In this document: in pieces, positions 1 to 9,639 of the stretch | Position numbering within the stretch: position 1 is the first letter of the stretch | Layout: every line of letters starts with the position of its first letter | Assembly (NCBI GenBank): GCA_016208255.1 | Contig: JACQYK010000085.1 | Coordinates: 12,464 to 76,463 of the forward strand | From: Deltaproteobacteria bacterium | Lineage (GTDB): Bacteria; Desulfobacterota; RBG-13-43-22 | Direction of reading: 5' to 3' | DNA: 64,000 nucleotides | Made by a program: the position numbers and the translations under genes | Notes under the pieces: model-generated | Seen by the model: only the letters and a program-made list of their open reading frames with translations | The model's database searches: none | What the model was told of the DNA's origin: nothing

Positions 1-889
1 TTCCGCCCGTCCCAGGAAGGACACCTCTTTTTTTGACCGGCTGGGCGTCGAATATGTCCCCGCCGACCTGACCAAGCCTGAAACGATGCCCCGGCTTTTT
101 GAAGGCGGCGTTGACCGGGTATTCCACCTGGGAGCGATCTGCAACTTTTCCACTCCTTATGAATTGCTCTATCCAACCAACGTCAACGGCGTCAAACTGA
201 TCACCGACCTCGCTTTGAAAAGCAAAATTAAACGTTATATCCATGTTGGTTCCACCAGCGTCTACGGGTATTACCGGGGGGTACCGTTTAAGGAAGACCG
301 TCTCCCGGACCCGCAGGATTCTTATGGGAAGAGTAAACGTGACGGCGAAAATGAGGTCTGGCGCCTCATCAAGGAAGGTCTCCCGGCCATCATGACGCGG
401 CCGTGCACCGTCTACGGGCCGGGCTGCAATGACGGTGCGGGCAAGGCCTTTTCACGTCCCTCCAGTATAAGGGCGATCCCGGGAAGGGGAACCCAGCTTC
501 TATCCAACGTCCGGGCGGAAGATGTAGCCGGAGCCGTCTTTCATCTTTCGCTGATGGATGCCGCTGTCGGACAGGTGTTCAATATTGCCGAAGACGCCCA
601 TCCGACTTTGGAGGAGGCCCTGGTTTTGTCCTCGGAGGCTTTCGGTACCAGGCCGCCAAAACTGCACCTGCCCTTATGGCTGGTGAAGATAGTGGCCCAG
701 GTGGACGGAATGGTGTCGGCCCGTAAAGGACGGATACCGGATCTGGAACTGGACGCGGTAAAATATCTTTATGATGATTATGTGGTCGATAACAGCAAAC
801 TGAAGTCTACGGGATACAGGATGATCTATCCGGATTTCAGGGAATCGATGAAGCAGATGAGGGAGGGTTATCGTCTGAACGCGGGGTAA
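1..889 (+). CDS. NAD-dependent epimerase/dehydratase (extended SDR, 3-beta-HSD-like), 5' truncated by the window edge
   Basis: The frame is open from nt 2 (SARPRKDTSFFDRLGVEYVPADLT...). It contains VFHLGA, GSTSVYG, catalytic YGKSK (YxxxK) and RPCTVYGPG. Confidence 0.85.
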   Translation, partial: SARPRKDTSFFDRLGVEYVPADLTKPETMPRLFEGGVDRVFHLGAICNFSTPYELLYPTNVNGVKLITDLALKSKIKRYIHVGSTSVYGYYRGVPFKEDRLPDPQDSYGKSKRDGENEVWRLIKEGLPAIMTRPCTVYGPGCNDGAGKAFSRPSSIRAIPGRGTQLLSNVRAEDVAGAVFHLSLMDAAVGQVFNIAEDAHPTLEEALVLSSEAFGTRPPKLHLPLWLVKIVAQVDGMVSARKGRIPDLELDAVKYLYDDYVVDNSKLKSTGYRMIYPDFRESMKQMREGYRLNAG

Positions 890-920
890 ATTATTAATCG
901 TCTCATAATAGTATTTACCC

Positions 921-1110
921 GGTGGGGTTGCATTTTCTTCCGTCTGTGACTTCAGTGCTGGTCTTTTCTTCGGACTTATCCAAGGGGGACCTTTGCCCCC
1001 TCCGCATTCCCGCCTGCTAAAACCGGCAGGCGGGCTGCGGTTTCCCCCATGGATAAGTCCGGAAAAGAGGGCGCCCTAAAGTCAATGACTCCATAAAATA
1101 CAACCCCACC
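921..1110. repeat. ~190-nt rod-like imperfect palindrome (intergenic)
   Basis: Nested arms: GGTGGGGTTGCATTTT/AAAATACAACCCCACC, CGGACTTATCCAAGGGGGA/TCCCCCATGGATAAGTCCG and CCCGCCTGC/GCAGGCGGG. Confidence 0.8.
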
Positions 1111-1180
1111 TGCTTTGGGAAATGTCAGTTTTATTTTGAGACCGTTAATAAATCCGAATAAAGGAAGGGGAGGTGCCGGG

Positions 1181-2011
1181 ATGGGGCAGATTGTGGTTAT
1201 TACCGGTTGTGCGGACGGGATGGGACTTCACGTTGCCAAAATGCTTGCCGCTGCGGGCCATTCCATAGCGGGCTTTGACGTCGATGCCCAGGGAATCGCA
1301 TCCCTGAAGAAGGAGCTGCAGGAGACCGGAGGCGATCACCTGATCGAGGCGCTTGATATTACCGACCGGCCAGCGATCCGGCAATTCTCCGATCGGGTCC
1401 TGGCCCGGTTCGGTCATGTCGACACGGTTCTGTCGAATGTGGGGATCGGATTCTTTGGCCCCTTCGAGGAAGTGAACCTGGAAAAGGCGATGAAGTGTCT
1501 TGAAATTAACGTCATCGGGGCGGCCGCGATTTTTCAGGCTTTTATTCCGTCGATGCGGCAGCGTCGATCCGGCAAGCTCGTCGCCATGTCTTCGCTGGTG
1601 GGGCGTATTCCTTTCCCCTTTGAATCCATCTATTCCGCCAGCAAATTTGCTGTTACCGGGATGGTCCTCTCACTCAAGTACGAAGTGGAACCCTTCGGGA
1701 TACAGGTGGCTTTGATCGAGCCGGCCCAGGTTTCTACCAGTTTTGCGGCAAAAATCCATGTCCTGCCGCCGGAAAATTCCGTCTACCGGGATCGGGTTCG
1801 GCGTTTTATCGAGCGGGACAATGAGCTTATTAAAAAGGCGCCTACGCCGACCTACGCGGCCGAGAAGATCGTGAAAATCATCGAAGCGGGAAAGCCGTCC
1901 TTGTTTAATCAGATTGATTTCATGAGCAGTTTTTTCCTGTGGCTCAACCAGTTCCTGCCCCGCCGGATGAGGGACGCGATCCTGGTCAACCACATGCATA
2001 TTAAAGTCTAA
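1181..2011 (+). CDS. Classical short-chain dehydrogenase/reductase
   Basis: GGAGG RBS before ATG 1181. Motifs ITGCADGMG (TGxxxGxG), SNVGIG and YSASK. Confidence 0.9.
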   Translation: MGQIVVITGCADGMGLHVAKMLAAAGHSIAGFDVDAQGIASLKKELQETGGDHLIEALDITDRPAIRQFSDRVLARFGHVDTVLSNVGIGFFGPFEEVNLEKAMKCLEINVIGAAAIFQAFIPSMRQRRSGKLVAMSSLVGRIPFPFESIYSASKFAVTGMVLSLKYEVEPFGIQVALIEPAQVSTSFAAKIHVLPPENSVYRDRVRRFIERDNELIKKAPTPTYAAEKIVKIIEAGKPSLFNQIDFMSSFFLWLNQFLPRRMRDAILVNHMHIKV

Positions 2012-2017
2012 TCAAAA

Positions 2018-2190
2018 ATATTTGAAATTTTGAAACGGTCCAAGGGGGTCTTATTTTTGAGCCGGTCGACGCGGCTCCCGAATGGGAGCCTTTCTTGAGG
2101 TCGGCAAAGCCGACCGTACTGTCGACCTACAGAAGAGGCTTCCGAAGGAAGCCGGAACTGTCTAAAGAATTATGATTTTAGAATCTAAAA
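2018..2190 (+). repeat. Truncated family-A palindromic element carrying a nested family-B element (2061-2155)
   Basis: TATTTGAAATT..GGTCCAAGGGGGTCTTATTTTT head and TTATGATTTTAGAATCTAA tail, as at 14573-14860 and 50047-50332. The insert is nearly identical to 12192-12287. Confidence 0.85.
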
Positions 2191-2205
2191 ATCTGGAGGT
2201 TTTCG

Positions 2206-4590
2206 ATGAGCACACAACCTGCACTCAGACAATCCCCCCGGCGAAGCCGCGTCGAAAGGCTTCGCTGGAAGATCATCGAGGCACCCCAGGAAGTCTGCAT
2301 TGAACGCGCCCGATACCTTACCGAAGCGATGAGTCTTTTCCGGGACAAGCCTCCGTTGACGCGGATGAGCCTCGCCTTTGAGCACATTCTGAAGAACATC
2401 AGCGTTATCATCCGCAATGACGAAATCATTGTCGGGTGTCGCACCTCCAAGCTCAAGGGCGCTCCCCTGTTTCCGGAGAACAAATCGTTATGGATTGAGG
2501 GGGACCTGGAAAATTTTGACAAGCGGTTGCTTCAAAGGGCACTGATCACCCAGGCGGAAAAGGATGAACTGGCGGTGAAAATTCTTCCCTTCTGGAAAGG
2601 GAAGACCGTGGAAGACCGCCTGCAGAAGCGCATGCCCGAAGACGTGCTGACCGACATGGACAAGTACATTTTCACCATGATGCTTGAGACCACCTACGGC
2701 ATCGGCCATTTTACTATGAACCACAAGCGGGTCCTGGCCCGGGGGCTTCGCGGCGTTATGGACGATGCGGAAGGAAAGCTGGCAGGCTGCTCTTCGGAAG
2801 AAAAGGCCGGTGAAAAGGGCCTCTTTTATGAGGCGGTGTTACGCACCTGCCGGGCGGCCATCTCTTTTGCTAAGCGCTACAGCGAACTCGCACTGGCCAT
2901 GGCCGCTGTGGAGTCCGATCCTGAGCGGGAGGCGGAGCTCAGGGAGATCGCCCGCGTCTGCAGCCGTGTTCCTGAATTCCCGGCCGAAACATTCCAGGAA
3001 GCGGTCCAAGGCGTCTATTTTATTCACCTGCTCGCCCAAATTGAATCGGGCGGAAACTCCATATCCCTGGGCCGGATCGACCAGATCCTTTTCCCGTACT
3101 ACCGAAAGGACAGGGAAGCAGGACGGGTATCGCCGGAGAAGGCCCGGGAACTGGTCGCCCTGCTTTTTATCAAGACCAATGAGATTTGGAACGTCCTCGA
3201 GGAGGCGTTCATCCCCGGCGGAGAGGGCACGGAGGGAAAAACAACGCAAAACGTCACCGTAGGCGGCGTGGGATCTGAAGGCCGGGACGCGACCAACGAC
3301 CTGAGCTATATCGTCCTGGACGCCTATGCCGACCTGAGGACCGTGCAACCCAATTTCGGCCTCCGGGTCTCTCCCGATTGCCCCGAGGAACTGATGAGCC
3401 GGGCGGTCGAGTACGACCGCGACGGCCTGCTGATGCATTTTTTCAATGATGAAGTTATCATTCGGTCGCTGGTCCAGGGAGGGCACACGATTGAAGACGC
3501 TCGCGATTACGGCGTGGTGGGCTGCCTTGAGCCGAATGGGCAGGGGAAGACCTTCGGATCCACCTTCGCGGTGCAGTTCAATGGTATCAAATGCGTCGAG
3601 CTGGCCTTGTCCAACGGAATTGACAATATCTTCGGCTACCAAAGCGGTCTCGAATCGGGAGATCCCGCAGGATTCAAAGATTTCAACGATCTCTGGGGAG
3701 CCTACGATAAACAGATGCGCCATTTCATCCATCAGATGGTCAGGGGGATGGAGGTGCTGGACCGCGTTATCGCCGAAACCGTCCCGTCCCCCTTTGCCTC
3801 GGCGATGGTTGACGGCTGCCTGGAGAAAGGCCTGGACCTGACCGGGGGAGGCGCCGTCTACAATTCCACGGGCGTGCAACTCATGGGCTTTGCCAACGTG
3901 GTGGACAGTCTGTACGCCGTGAAAAAGACGGTTTTCGACGATAAGCGCTTTACCATGACCGACCTGACCAATTGGCTTGCGCAAGATTGGCAGGAGGCCG
4001 AGGACCAGCGCGCCTATTTGCTGAACCGCGTTCCAAAATATGGAAACGACCATGACGAGGTCGATGCCATGGCCGCCCGGGTGGTGGATCACTACTGCGA
4101 CGTTCTGTCAAAATACCGGAACTTCCGGGGAGGAGCATTCTGGCCGGGGATTTTCTCCGTAGGGTTCCATATCACGATGGGCGCTTTTACCGGCGCTACG
4201 CCTGACGGCCGGTTCTCGGGAGACGTGCTCGGAAACGGCATCACGCCGACAACGGGTAACGCCCTGTCGGGCCCGACAGCGATCATGAATTCCGTGGTCA
4301 AGCTTCCGGTGGCGCGGGTGTTTAACGGGGCCAATCTGAATATGCGCTTTCAGGGGAAGAAGATCAGCAGGGAGAACCTCACGGCGCTGATTAAGACCTA
4401 TTTTAAGTGCGGCGGGACCCAGGTGCAGTTCAATATGGTGGATTCGGAAATCCTCCGGGAAGCGCAGCGGCATCCGGAGAAGCACCGGGACCTTTTCGTC
4501 CGGGTCAGCGGTTATTCGGCGGAATTTATCGGCTTGAGCGAGATAGCCCAGGAAGAGATCATCAGCCGGACCGAGTTTGAAATGAGATAG
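2206..4590 (+). CDS. Glycyl radical enzyme (PFL2/eliminase-like), substrate unknown
   Basis: 794 aa with C-terminal glycyl radical motif VRVSGYS, single-Cys loop GVVGCLEP, GRIDQ and GATPDGR motifs. Confidence 0.93.
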   Translation: MSTQPALRQSPRRSRVERLRWKIIEAPQEVCIERARYLTEAMSLFRDKPPLTRMSLAFEHILKNISVIIRNDEIIVGCRTSKLKGAPLFPENKSLWIEGDLENFDKRLLQRALITQAEKDELAVKILPFWKGKTVEDRLQKRMPEDVLTDMDKYIFTMMLETTYGIGHFTMNHKRVLARGLRGVMDDAEGKLAGCSSEEKAGEKGLFYEAVLRTCRAAISFAKRYSELALAMAAVESDPEREAELREIARVCSRVPEFPAETFQEAVQGVYFIHLLAQIESGGNSISLGRIDQILFPYYRKDREAGRVSPEKARELVALLFIKTNEIWNVLEEAFIPGGEGTEGKTTQNVTVGGVGSEGRDATNDLSYIVLDAYADLRTVQPNFGLRVSPDCPEELMSRAVEYDRDGLLMHFFNDEVIIRSLVQGGHTIEDARDYGVVGCLEPNGQGKTFGSTFAVQFNGIKCVELALSNGIDNIFGYQSGLESGDPAGFKDFNDLWGAYDKQMRHFIHQMVRGMEVLDRVIAETVPSPFASAMVDGCLEKGLDLTGGGAVYNSTGVQLMGFANVVDSLYAVKKTVFDDKRFTMTDLTNWLAQDWQEAEDQRAYLLNRVPKYGNDHDEVDAMAARVVDHYCDVLSKYRNFRGGAFWPGIFSVGFHITMGAFTGATPDGRFSGDVLGNGITPTTGNALSGPTAIMNSVVKLPVARVFNGANLNMRFQGKKISRENLTALIKTYFKCGGTQVQFNMVDSEILREAQRHPEKHRDLFVRVSGYSAEFIGLSEIAQEEIISRTEFEMR

Positions 4591-4739
4591 CGAGCCCGTT
4601 TTCGCAGCAAACTGCGGGTTTAGCGAGCGAACTTGCGGGTCAGCCCAAAAGCCAGGCTTCAGGGTCGGCCAGAGCCGACGGGGGTGCCAAGGGCAGCATA
4701 AGAGTTGGCGAAGCCGACCGGATTGAAGGGAGAAAGAAC

Positions 4740-5177
4740 ATGAGTCAATACTACAAAAATACCGAGGATCTTTATGAGATCTACGGATACTTTTTGGACC
4801 GGGTCTTACGGGACGATAAAATCGGCTCAAAAATGAGCAAGGCGGGCATCATCATCAAATTCATATATACGGATCCGGAGGCGGAGATCACCATCGATCT
4901 GAAGAATCCCCCAGCCAGGGAGGGATATTACGGAAGCTATTATCTGGGGCCCTCCGATCTCAAGGAGGATGTCTGGGCCAAGCAGCCGGCCGACTATTCA
5001 CACCGGTTCTGGCACGGCCGGGAGAATCCGATTGCCGGCATCACCAGGGGGATCATCAAGCAGGGCGGGAAGGTGACCGCCATGCTGAAGCTTTTACCGG
5101 TGATCAAGCCGGCCTTTCAACTGTTTCCGGTGGCCCTGAAGGAAAGGGGGCTGGATCACCTGATTGTTTCAAAATGA
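4740..5177 (+). CDS. SCP2 sterol/lipid-binding-fold-like protein
   Basis: 145 aa. The pattern 'FIYTDPEAEITID...HRFWHG.ENPIAGITRGIIKQGG.V.AMLKLLP' resembles SCP2-fold proteins (recognised by eye). Confidence 0.6.
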   Translation: MSQYYKNTEDLYEIYGYFLDRVLRDDKIGSKMSKAGIIIKFIYTDPEAEITIDLKNPPAREGYYGSYYLGPSDLKEDVWAKQPADYSHRFWHGRENPIAGITRGIIKQGGKVTAMLKLLPVIKPAFQLFPVALKERGLDHLIVSK

Positions 5178-5196
5178 CGGGATTTACTGTCGAAAC

Positions 5197-5901
5197 TCAC
5201 TCATTTGGAGCTTTAAAATCCCGGAGGAGCCTGATGACTTCCTGTTCGTCTAAATCACTCCACTCTTCATAGGCATCGGCCACAGCAAAGGAGCGACCGC
5301 TTCTAATATTGGGGCAGTAAATAGCTTCCACCTGTTCCAGGATGATTTGTATTGATTCCAAATGGGCGGTGGGGACGGCCAGGATAACATTCCCGGCACC
5401 GGCCTGGCGTAAGGCCTTGATGGCGGCACGGAGGGTGATTCCGGAGGCCAGCCCATCGTCCACCAGAATGACCGGGCGGTTGAAATCCGGGAGAGGTCGA
5501 TCCTCTCTGAACAGGGCCACTCGCCTCGCGACCTTTTGCTCCGTCTTTTTAATTCCCCTCTGAATTTCCTGGTCGCTGAGATTCAAACGAGATAAAAGTC
5601 CTTCATTCAAAATCACGGTCCCGTCAAAGGCGACGGCTCCATAACCGGCTTCCGAGTTCCAGGGCAGGGTGATCTTGCTGACAACGGCGAGGTCCAAACC
5701 CAGGTTCAACGATCTGGCGATTTCGACCGCCACGGCCATCCCCCCGGCCGGAATCCCCAGGACGACGGCCGGGCTGCCCCGGTATTCTTCGAGCATGCCG
5801 GCCAGAACCCGACCCGCCGCGGCCCGATCCCGAAATACCCGGACCCGGTTACGCAGTTTCGGAAGATCAAAGACTTTTGAAGGTTCCATTTCTATTTTCA
5901 A
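5197..5901 (-). CDS. Phosphoribosyltransferase family protein
   Basis: FRDR..AG..LA N-terminus and PRPP-binding motif VILVDDGLASG. Confidence 0.88.
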   Translation of the reverse strand: MKIEMEPSKVFDLPKLRNRVRVFRDRAAAGRVLAGMLEEYRGSPAVVLGIPAGGMAVAVEIARSLNLGLDLAVVSKITLPWNSEAGYGAVAFDGTVILNEGLLSRLNLSDQEIQRGIKKTEQKVARRVALFREDRPLPDFNRPVILVDDGLASGITLRAAIKALRQAGAGNVILAVPTAHLESIQIILEQVEAIYCPNIRSGRSFAVADAYEEWSDLDEQEVIRLLRDFKAPNE

Positions 5902-6329
5902 AGAGGGTGGTGGTATGATGGGACGGGTTTTTCTCTTTGGCTCTTTAGTTTCCTAACAGGATCACTTTCAACATTAATAATATTTATAATTGAAAACAAT
6001 CCCTCAGTAAATAATGGAAAACCTGTATTTTTTGGAACAAAAAAAAATTTTTTACAAAAAATTTAAAAAGGTTTTTCTATATTTATCATATTATTTTTAT
6101 TATACAAATTGACTCTTTGGTTCCACGCTGGGAAAAAGATAACTACTTCAAGAACCAAGCATTTCTACAGGAAAAGTAGGGGTTTTGATATTTCTGTCTA
6201 CTCCCTCCGAAGAAAAAGGAGAAGGAGCCAAGGATCTTTTTTGAAGATTTCCGGTTAATATTGACCTCTGCCGGTCTTTATGTTAAAAATTTACCCAATG
6301 TCTAACGTCTATCCAGGGCGAGGAAATCT

Positions 6330-6668
6330 GTGAGAAAGTCAACCTTCTATTTTATATATATGACCGTCAACCTGATCCTCCTCTTTCTCCTGTTTGTTCA
6401 CGCTTCTGTGAGACAGGAGGCCGACCTGAAGGGGATCCGGGAAAAGACTCAGATCGTCCAACGGTTGGGACTCACCGATCTCTGCCTTTTCACCGAGGCC
6501 AGCTACACCAGGCATCTGTCCCAAGCCGACCTCCACACCCCCTTCCAGGATTCCCCCATGTCTCTGGAACATTTCCCCTCAGGGTCGATCGTGGCGCCTC
6601 CCGCAGTTATAAGGAAGATCGGTACCAATTCAGCCACTAAGACACAAAGGCGCAAAGAAAAGATATGA
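6330..6668 (+). CDS. Hypothetical membrane-anchored protein, first gene of the ABC cassette
   Basis: N-terminal hydrophobic helix and a conserved-looking LGLTDLCLFTEASYTRH..D...PFQD.P..LEHFPSGS segment. GAGG RBS before GTG. Confidence 0.65.
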   Translation: MRKSTFYFIYMTVNLILLFLLFVHASVRQEADLKGIREKTQIVQRLGLTDLCLFTEASYTRHLSQADLHTPFQDSPMSLEHFPSGSIVAPPAVIRKIGTNSATKTQRRKEKI

Positions 6669-6712
6669 TGGAATTATTATTTAATCTTTGTGGCTTAGTG
6701 GCTTTGTGGCTG
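6631..6712. repeat. Inverted pair of short purine-rich repeats (CAGCCACTAAGACACAAAG / CTTTGTGGCTTAGTGGCTTTGTGGCTG)
   Basis: Arms are directly visible and of the same style as 59692-59740, 61540-61802 and 62578-62715. Confidence 0.7.
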
Positions 6713-6733
6713 GACTATTAAGGAAAATCATCA

Positions 6734-7867
6734 ATGGCCCGCTGGATTGAACGACAAAGAAACATCATTGATTTCACCCTTTCCTCCCTCTTAAGGAGAA
6801 AGGGAAAGAATATCGCCCTGGTCTGCACTTATACCCTGGTGATGTTCATGCTGGCTTCCGTTGTTTTTTTTGTCCACTCCATTAAGAAGGAGGCTTCGAT
6901 CATTCTGAAAGACGCCCCCGAAATGATCATTCAGAAGATGGCAGCCGGAAGGCATGAACGCATCCCCCTGGACTATATGGATAAGATTAAAGGCATTCGA
7001 GGCATTCAATCGGTCAAGAGCAGGCTCTGGGGATACTACTACGACCCGATTGTCGGGGCCAATTATACCTTAATGGTCCCGGGAAATTCCGAAGTCGGGG
7101 CCGGCAAAATTGTCATCGGGCAGGGTATCTCCAGGGCCAGGCTGGCCTTTGAGGGCGATGTCTTAGAGTTCAGATCTAATGAGGGAAAAATCTTAGAATT
7201 GGAAGTCAAAGGCCTCTTTTCTTCAAAATCGGAACTGGCCTCGGCCGATCTGGTCCTGGTTTCGGAAGATGATTTCAGAAAGCTTTTCGGGGGATCGAAG
7301 ACCCTGGCCACTGATCTGACCCTTCAAGTCAGGAATCCCCAGGAGCTTTCCACTATTGCCGTGAAAGTGGCCGAACAACTTCCGGATACCAGGGTCATCC
7401 TGAGGGATGAGATCCTGAGGACCTATGAGGCCATTTTTAACTGGCGCGGGGGGATTATGATCGTCATTCTTCTGGGAGCTTTGCTGGCCTTTATCATCTT
7501 TGCCTGGGACAAGGCCTCGGGACTCAGTTTAGAGGAGAGGAAAGAGATCGGCATTCTCAAGGCCATTGGCTGGGAAACGTCCGATGTGATTCTGATGAAG
7601 TTCTGGGAAGGGATATTAGTTTCCCTTTCCTCTTTCCTCCTTGGAATCCTGTTGGCTTACCTCCATGTCTTTCTGGCCTCCGCCGCCCTTTTTGAACCGG
7701 TCCTGAAAGGTTGGGCGGTTCTTTACCCCCAATTCAGGGCCACCCCTTTTCTGGATGCCTCTCAGCTGGCCATCCTTTTCTTCCTGACCGTGGTGCCCTA
7801 TACCATAGCCACCTTGATCCCGTCCTGGAGAGCGGCCACGGTCGATCCGGATTCGGTCATGAGGTAA
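6734..7867 (+). CDS. ABC transporter permease, FtsX/MacB-like
   Basis: N-terminal TM helix, periplasmic domain, ERKEIGILKAIGW motif and C-terminal PSWRAA..DP. Confidence 0.9.
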   Translation: MARWIERQRNIIDFTLSSLLRRKGKNIALVCTYTLVMFMLASVVFFVHSIKKEASIILKDAPEMIIQKMAAGRHERIPLDYMDKIKGIRGIQSVKSRLWGYYYDPIVGANYTLMVPGNSEVGAGKIVIGQGISRARLAFEGDVLEFRSNEGKILELEVKGLFSSKSELASADLVLVSEDDFRKLFGGSKTLATDLTLQVRNPQELSTIAVKVAEQLPDTRVILRDEILRTYEAIFNWRGGIMIVILLGALLAFIIFAWDKASGLSLEERKEIGILKAIGWETSDVILMKFWEGILVSLSSFLLGILLAYLHVFLASAALFEPVLKGWAVLYPQFRATPFLDASQLAILFFLTVVPYTIATLIPSWRAATVDPDSVMR

Positions 7868-7876
7868 GATAAGAAG

Positions 7877-8560
7877 ATGATCGAGCTTCTAAACGTAAGC
7901 AAGACCTTCAATACCGGTAAATCCAATGAATTTACGGCGGTTCGAGGGGTAAGCCTTCCCATCGATTTCAAACAGGTGACCGTCTTCCGGGGGCCAAGCG
8001 GGTCGGGGAAGACGACCTTATTGAGTTTGATCGGCTGCATGGCCAGGCCCACTTCCGGAAGGATAACCCTTTCCGGGCGGGAGATCACCAGTCTTCCGGA
8101 GCGGTTTCTGACCCAGATCAGACAGAAGACCTTCGGATTTATCTTTCAACAGTTCAATCTGATTAAGGGGGTGACCGCGCTGGAGAATGCCATGCTTCCG
8201 GCTTATCCCTCGGGAGAAAAGTACCTGTCCTTGAAAAAGAGGGCGCTCCATCTCTTCGATTTGTTGAATCTCTCCACCAAGGCCACTTCCAAGGTTGAGT
8301 GGCTTTCGGGCGGAGAAGCCCAGAGAGTCACCATTGCCAGGGCCCTGATCAATGATCCTTCCATCATCATCGCCGATGAACCCACGGCCCATCTCGATAC
8401 CAAGCTTTCCCAGGAGTTCATGGAGGTGGTTGCCCAATTGAAGGAAGACCAAAAGACCGTTTTAATAGCCAGTCATGACCCCCTGGTTTATGAATCCCCG
8501 GTTATTGATCGGGTGATTAATTTCCGGGACGGCAGGCTGGAAGGGCCGCCGGCCGGATGA
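7877..8560 (+). CDS. ABC transporter ATP-binding protein (LolD-like)
   Basis: Walker A GPSGSGKTT, signature LSGGE, IIADEPT and H-loop ASHD. Confidence 0.95.
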   Translation: MIELLNVSKTFNTGKSNEFTAVRGVSLPIDFKQVTVFRGPSGSGKTTLLSLIGCMARPTSGRITLSGREITSLPERFLTQIRQKTFGFIFQQFNLIKGVTALENAMLPAYPSGEKYLSLKKRALHLFDLLNLSTKATSKVEWLSGGEAQRVTIARALINDPSIIIADEPTAHLDTKLSQEFMEVVAQLKEDQKTVLIASHDPLVYESPVIDRVINFRDGRLEGPPAG

Positions 8561-9552
8561 TATTTCATCCTTCCATCCTGGCCCTTTATGTGGCCTCGAT
8601 TCTGATCTGTTTTATGGTCCTTTATTCCGCTTCCTACGGCCTGCAGATTCTGCGCCGGTGGGATATCCGCAGCGGGAGCGAAGAGCAGCTGGTCCTGGAA
8701 AGAAAAACCTACCTCATTTCCACCCTGCTTAGCTACGTTTTCAGTCTGGAGATCATTTCCCTTTTTTTCTTTGTCTTCACCGTCGACCAGTTGCATACCT
8801 TTTTTGTCGGGGCCATGTGCGCGGCAGGCACCCTTTACGTGAACAGTTATGGTTATCCCGTCCTGATCCTGAAAGTAATCAATTTTTTACTCGCCGGCCT
8901 TTGGCTTGTGGTCAACTACGCTGATAACCAAGGATACGATTACCCCCTGATCAAAAAAAAATACTTATTCCTGCTCCTCCTGACCCCTCTGATCGTCGCG
9001 GAAGTGGTCCTCCAGGCCAATTATTTTCTCCGCCTCGATCCGAATATCATCACCTCCTGCTGCGGAAGCCTTTTCAGCGTCGGAGAGAAAAGTTTGACCT
9101 CAGAAGTCAGCGCCTTTCCGATTTTTCCCATGGAGATCCTCTTTTATCTCTCGATGGCTTTAACCATCGCCTTCGGTCTCTTTTTTCTTCTCAGAAGCAA
9201 GGGAGGTTATCTCCTGGCCTGTTTTTCCGGGTGGACCTTTATCGTCTCTATGGCCTCGATCTTTTCTTTTATCTCGGTTTATGTTTACGAATTGCCCACC
9301 CACCATTGCCCCTTTTGTGTTTTGCAGAAGGAGTATTTTTATGTCGGGTATCTCCTTTACCTGACCCTTTTCGGCGGGACCCTGTCAGGAATGGGGGTCG
9401 GCCTGCTCATGCCTTTCAGAAATATTAACAGCCTGTCAGGGATTCTCCCCTCCCTGCAAAAAAGGTTTGCCGCTGTTTCCTTGACTTTTTTTATTATTTT
9501 CACGGCCCTGGTTACCTGTTACCTGTTTTTTTCAAATCTTATTCTCCAATGA
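8557..9552 (+). CDS. Multi-pass membrane protein with Cys/His motifs
   Basis: About 8 hydrophobic segments. Motifs GAMCAAG, TSCCGSLF and PTHHCPFC. ATGA overlap with the ATPase gene. Confidence 0.8.
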   Translation: MIFHPSILALYVASILICFMVLYSASYGLQILRRWDIRSGSEEQLVLERKTYLISTLLSYVFSLEIISLFFFVFTVDQLHTFFVGAMCAAGTLYVNSYGYPVLILKVINFLLAGLWLVVNYADNQGYDYPLIKKKYLFLLLLTPLIVAEVVLQANYFLRLDPNIITSCCGSLFSVGEKSLTSEVSAFPIFPMEILFYLSMALTIAFGLFFLLRSKGGYLLACFSGWTFIVSMASIFSFISVYVYELPTHHCPFCVLQKEYFYVGYLLYLTLFGGTLSGMGVGLLMPFRNINSLSGILPSLQKRFAAVSLTFFIIFTALVTCYLFFSNLILQ

Positions 9553-9639
9553 ATTTGATATAATATCCTTTAATAAAGGGCAGAGGGAGTTACCGGAATA
9601 CCCTCAAAGCCACTTTTATTCCCTAAAGGAAGGAGACCC

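Noticed and set aside
2839-4092. Long antisense ORFs (also 9616-10683, 29709-30656, 42180-43187 and 22147-22821)
   Set aside because: They lie opposite well-supported genes, have no recognisable motifs, and are expected shadows of GC-rich codon usage.
2206-4590. Calling the GRE pyruvate formate-lyase (pflB) or choline TMA-lyase (cutC)
   Set aside because: It lacks the PFL Cys-Cys pair, and there is no cut or microcompartment context.
5960-6130. AT-rich tract as an origin or foreign DNA
   Set aside because: No DnaA-box cluster or iterons were seen. It fits a divergent promoter region.
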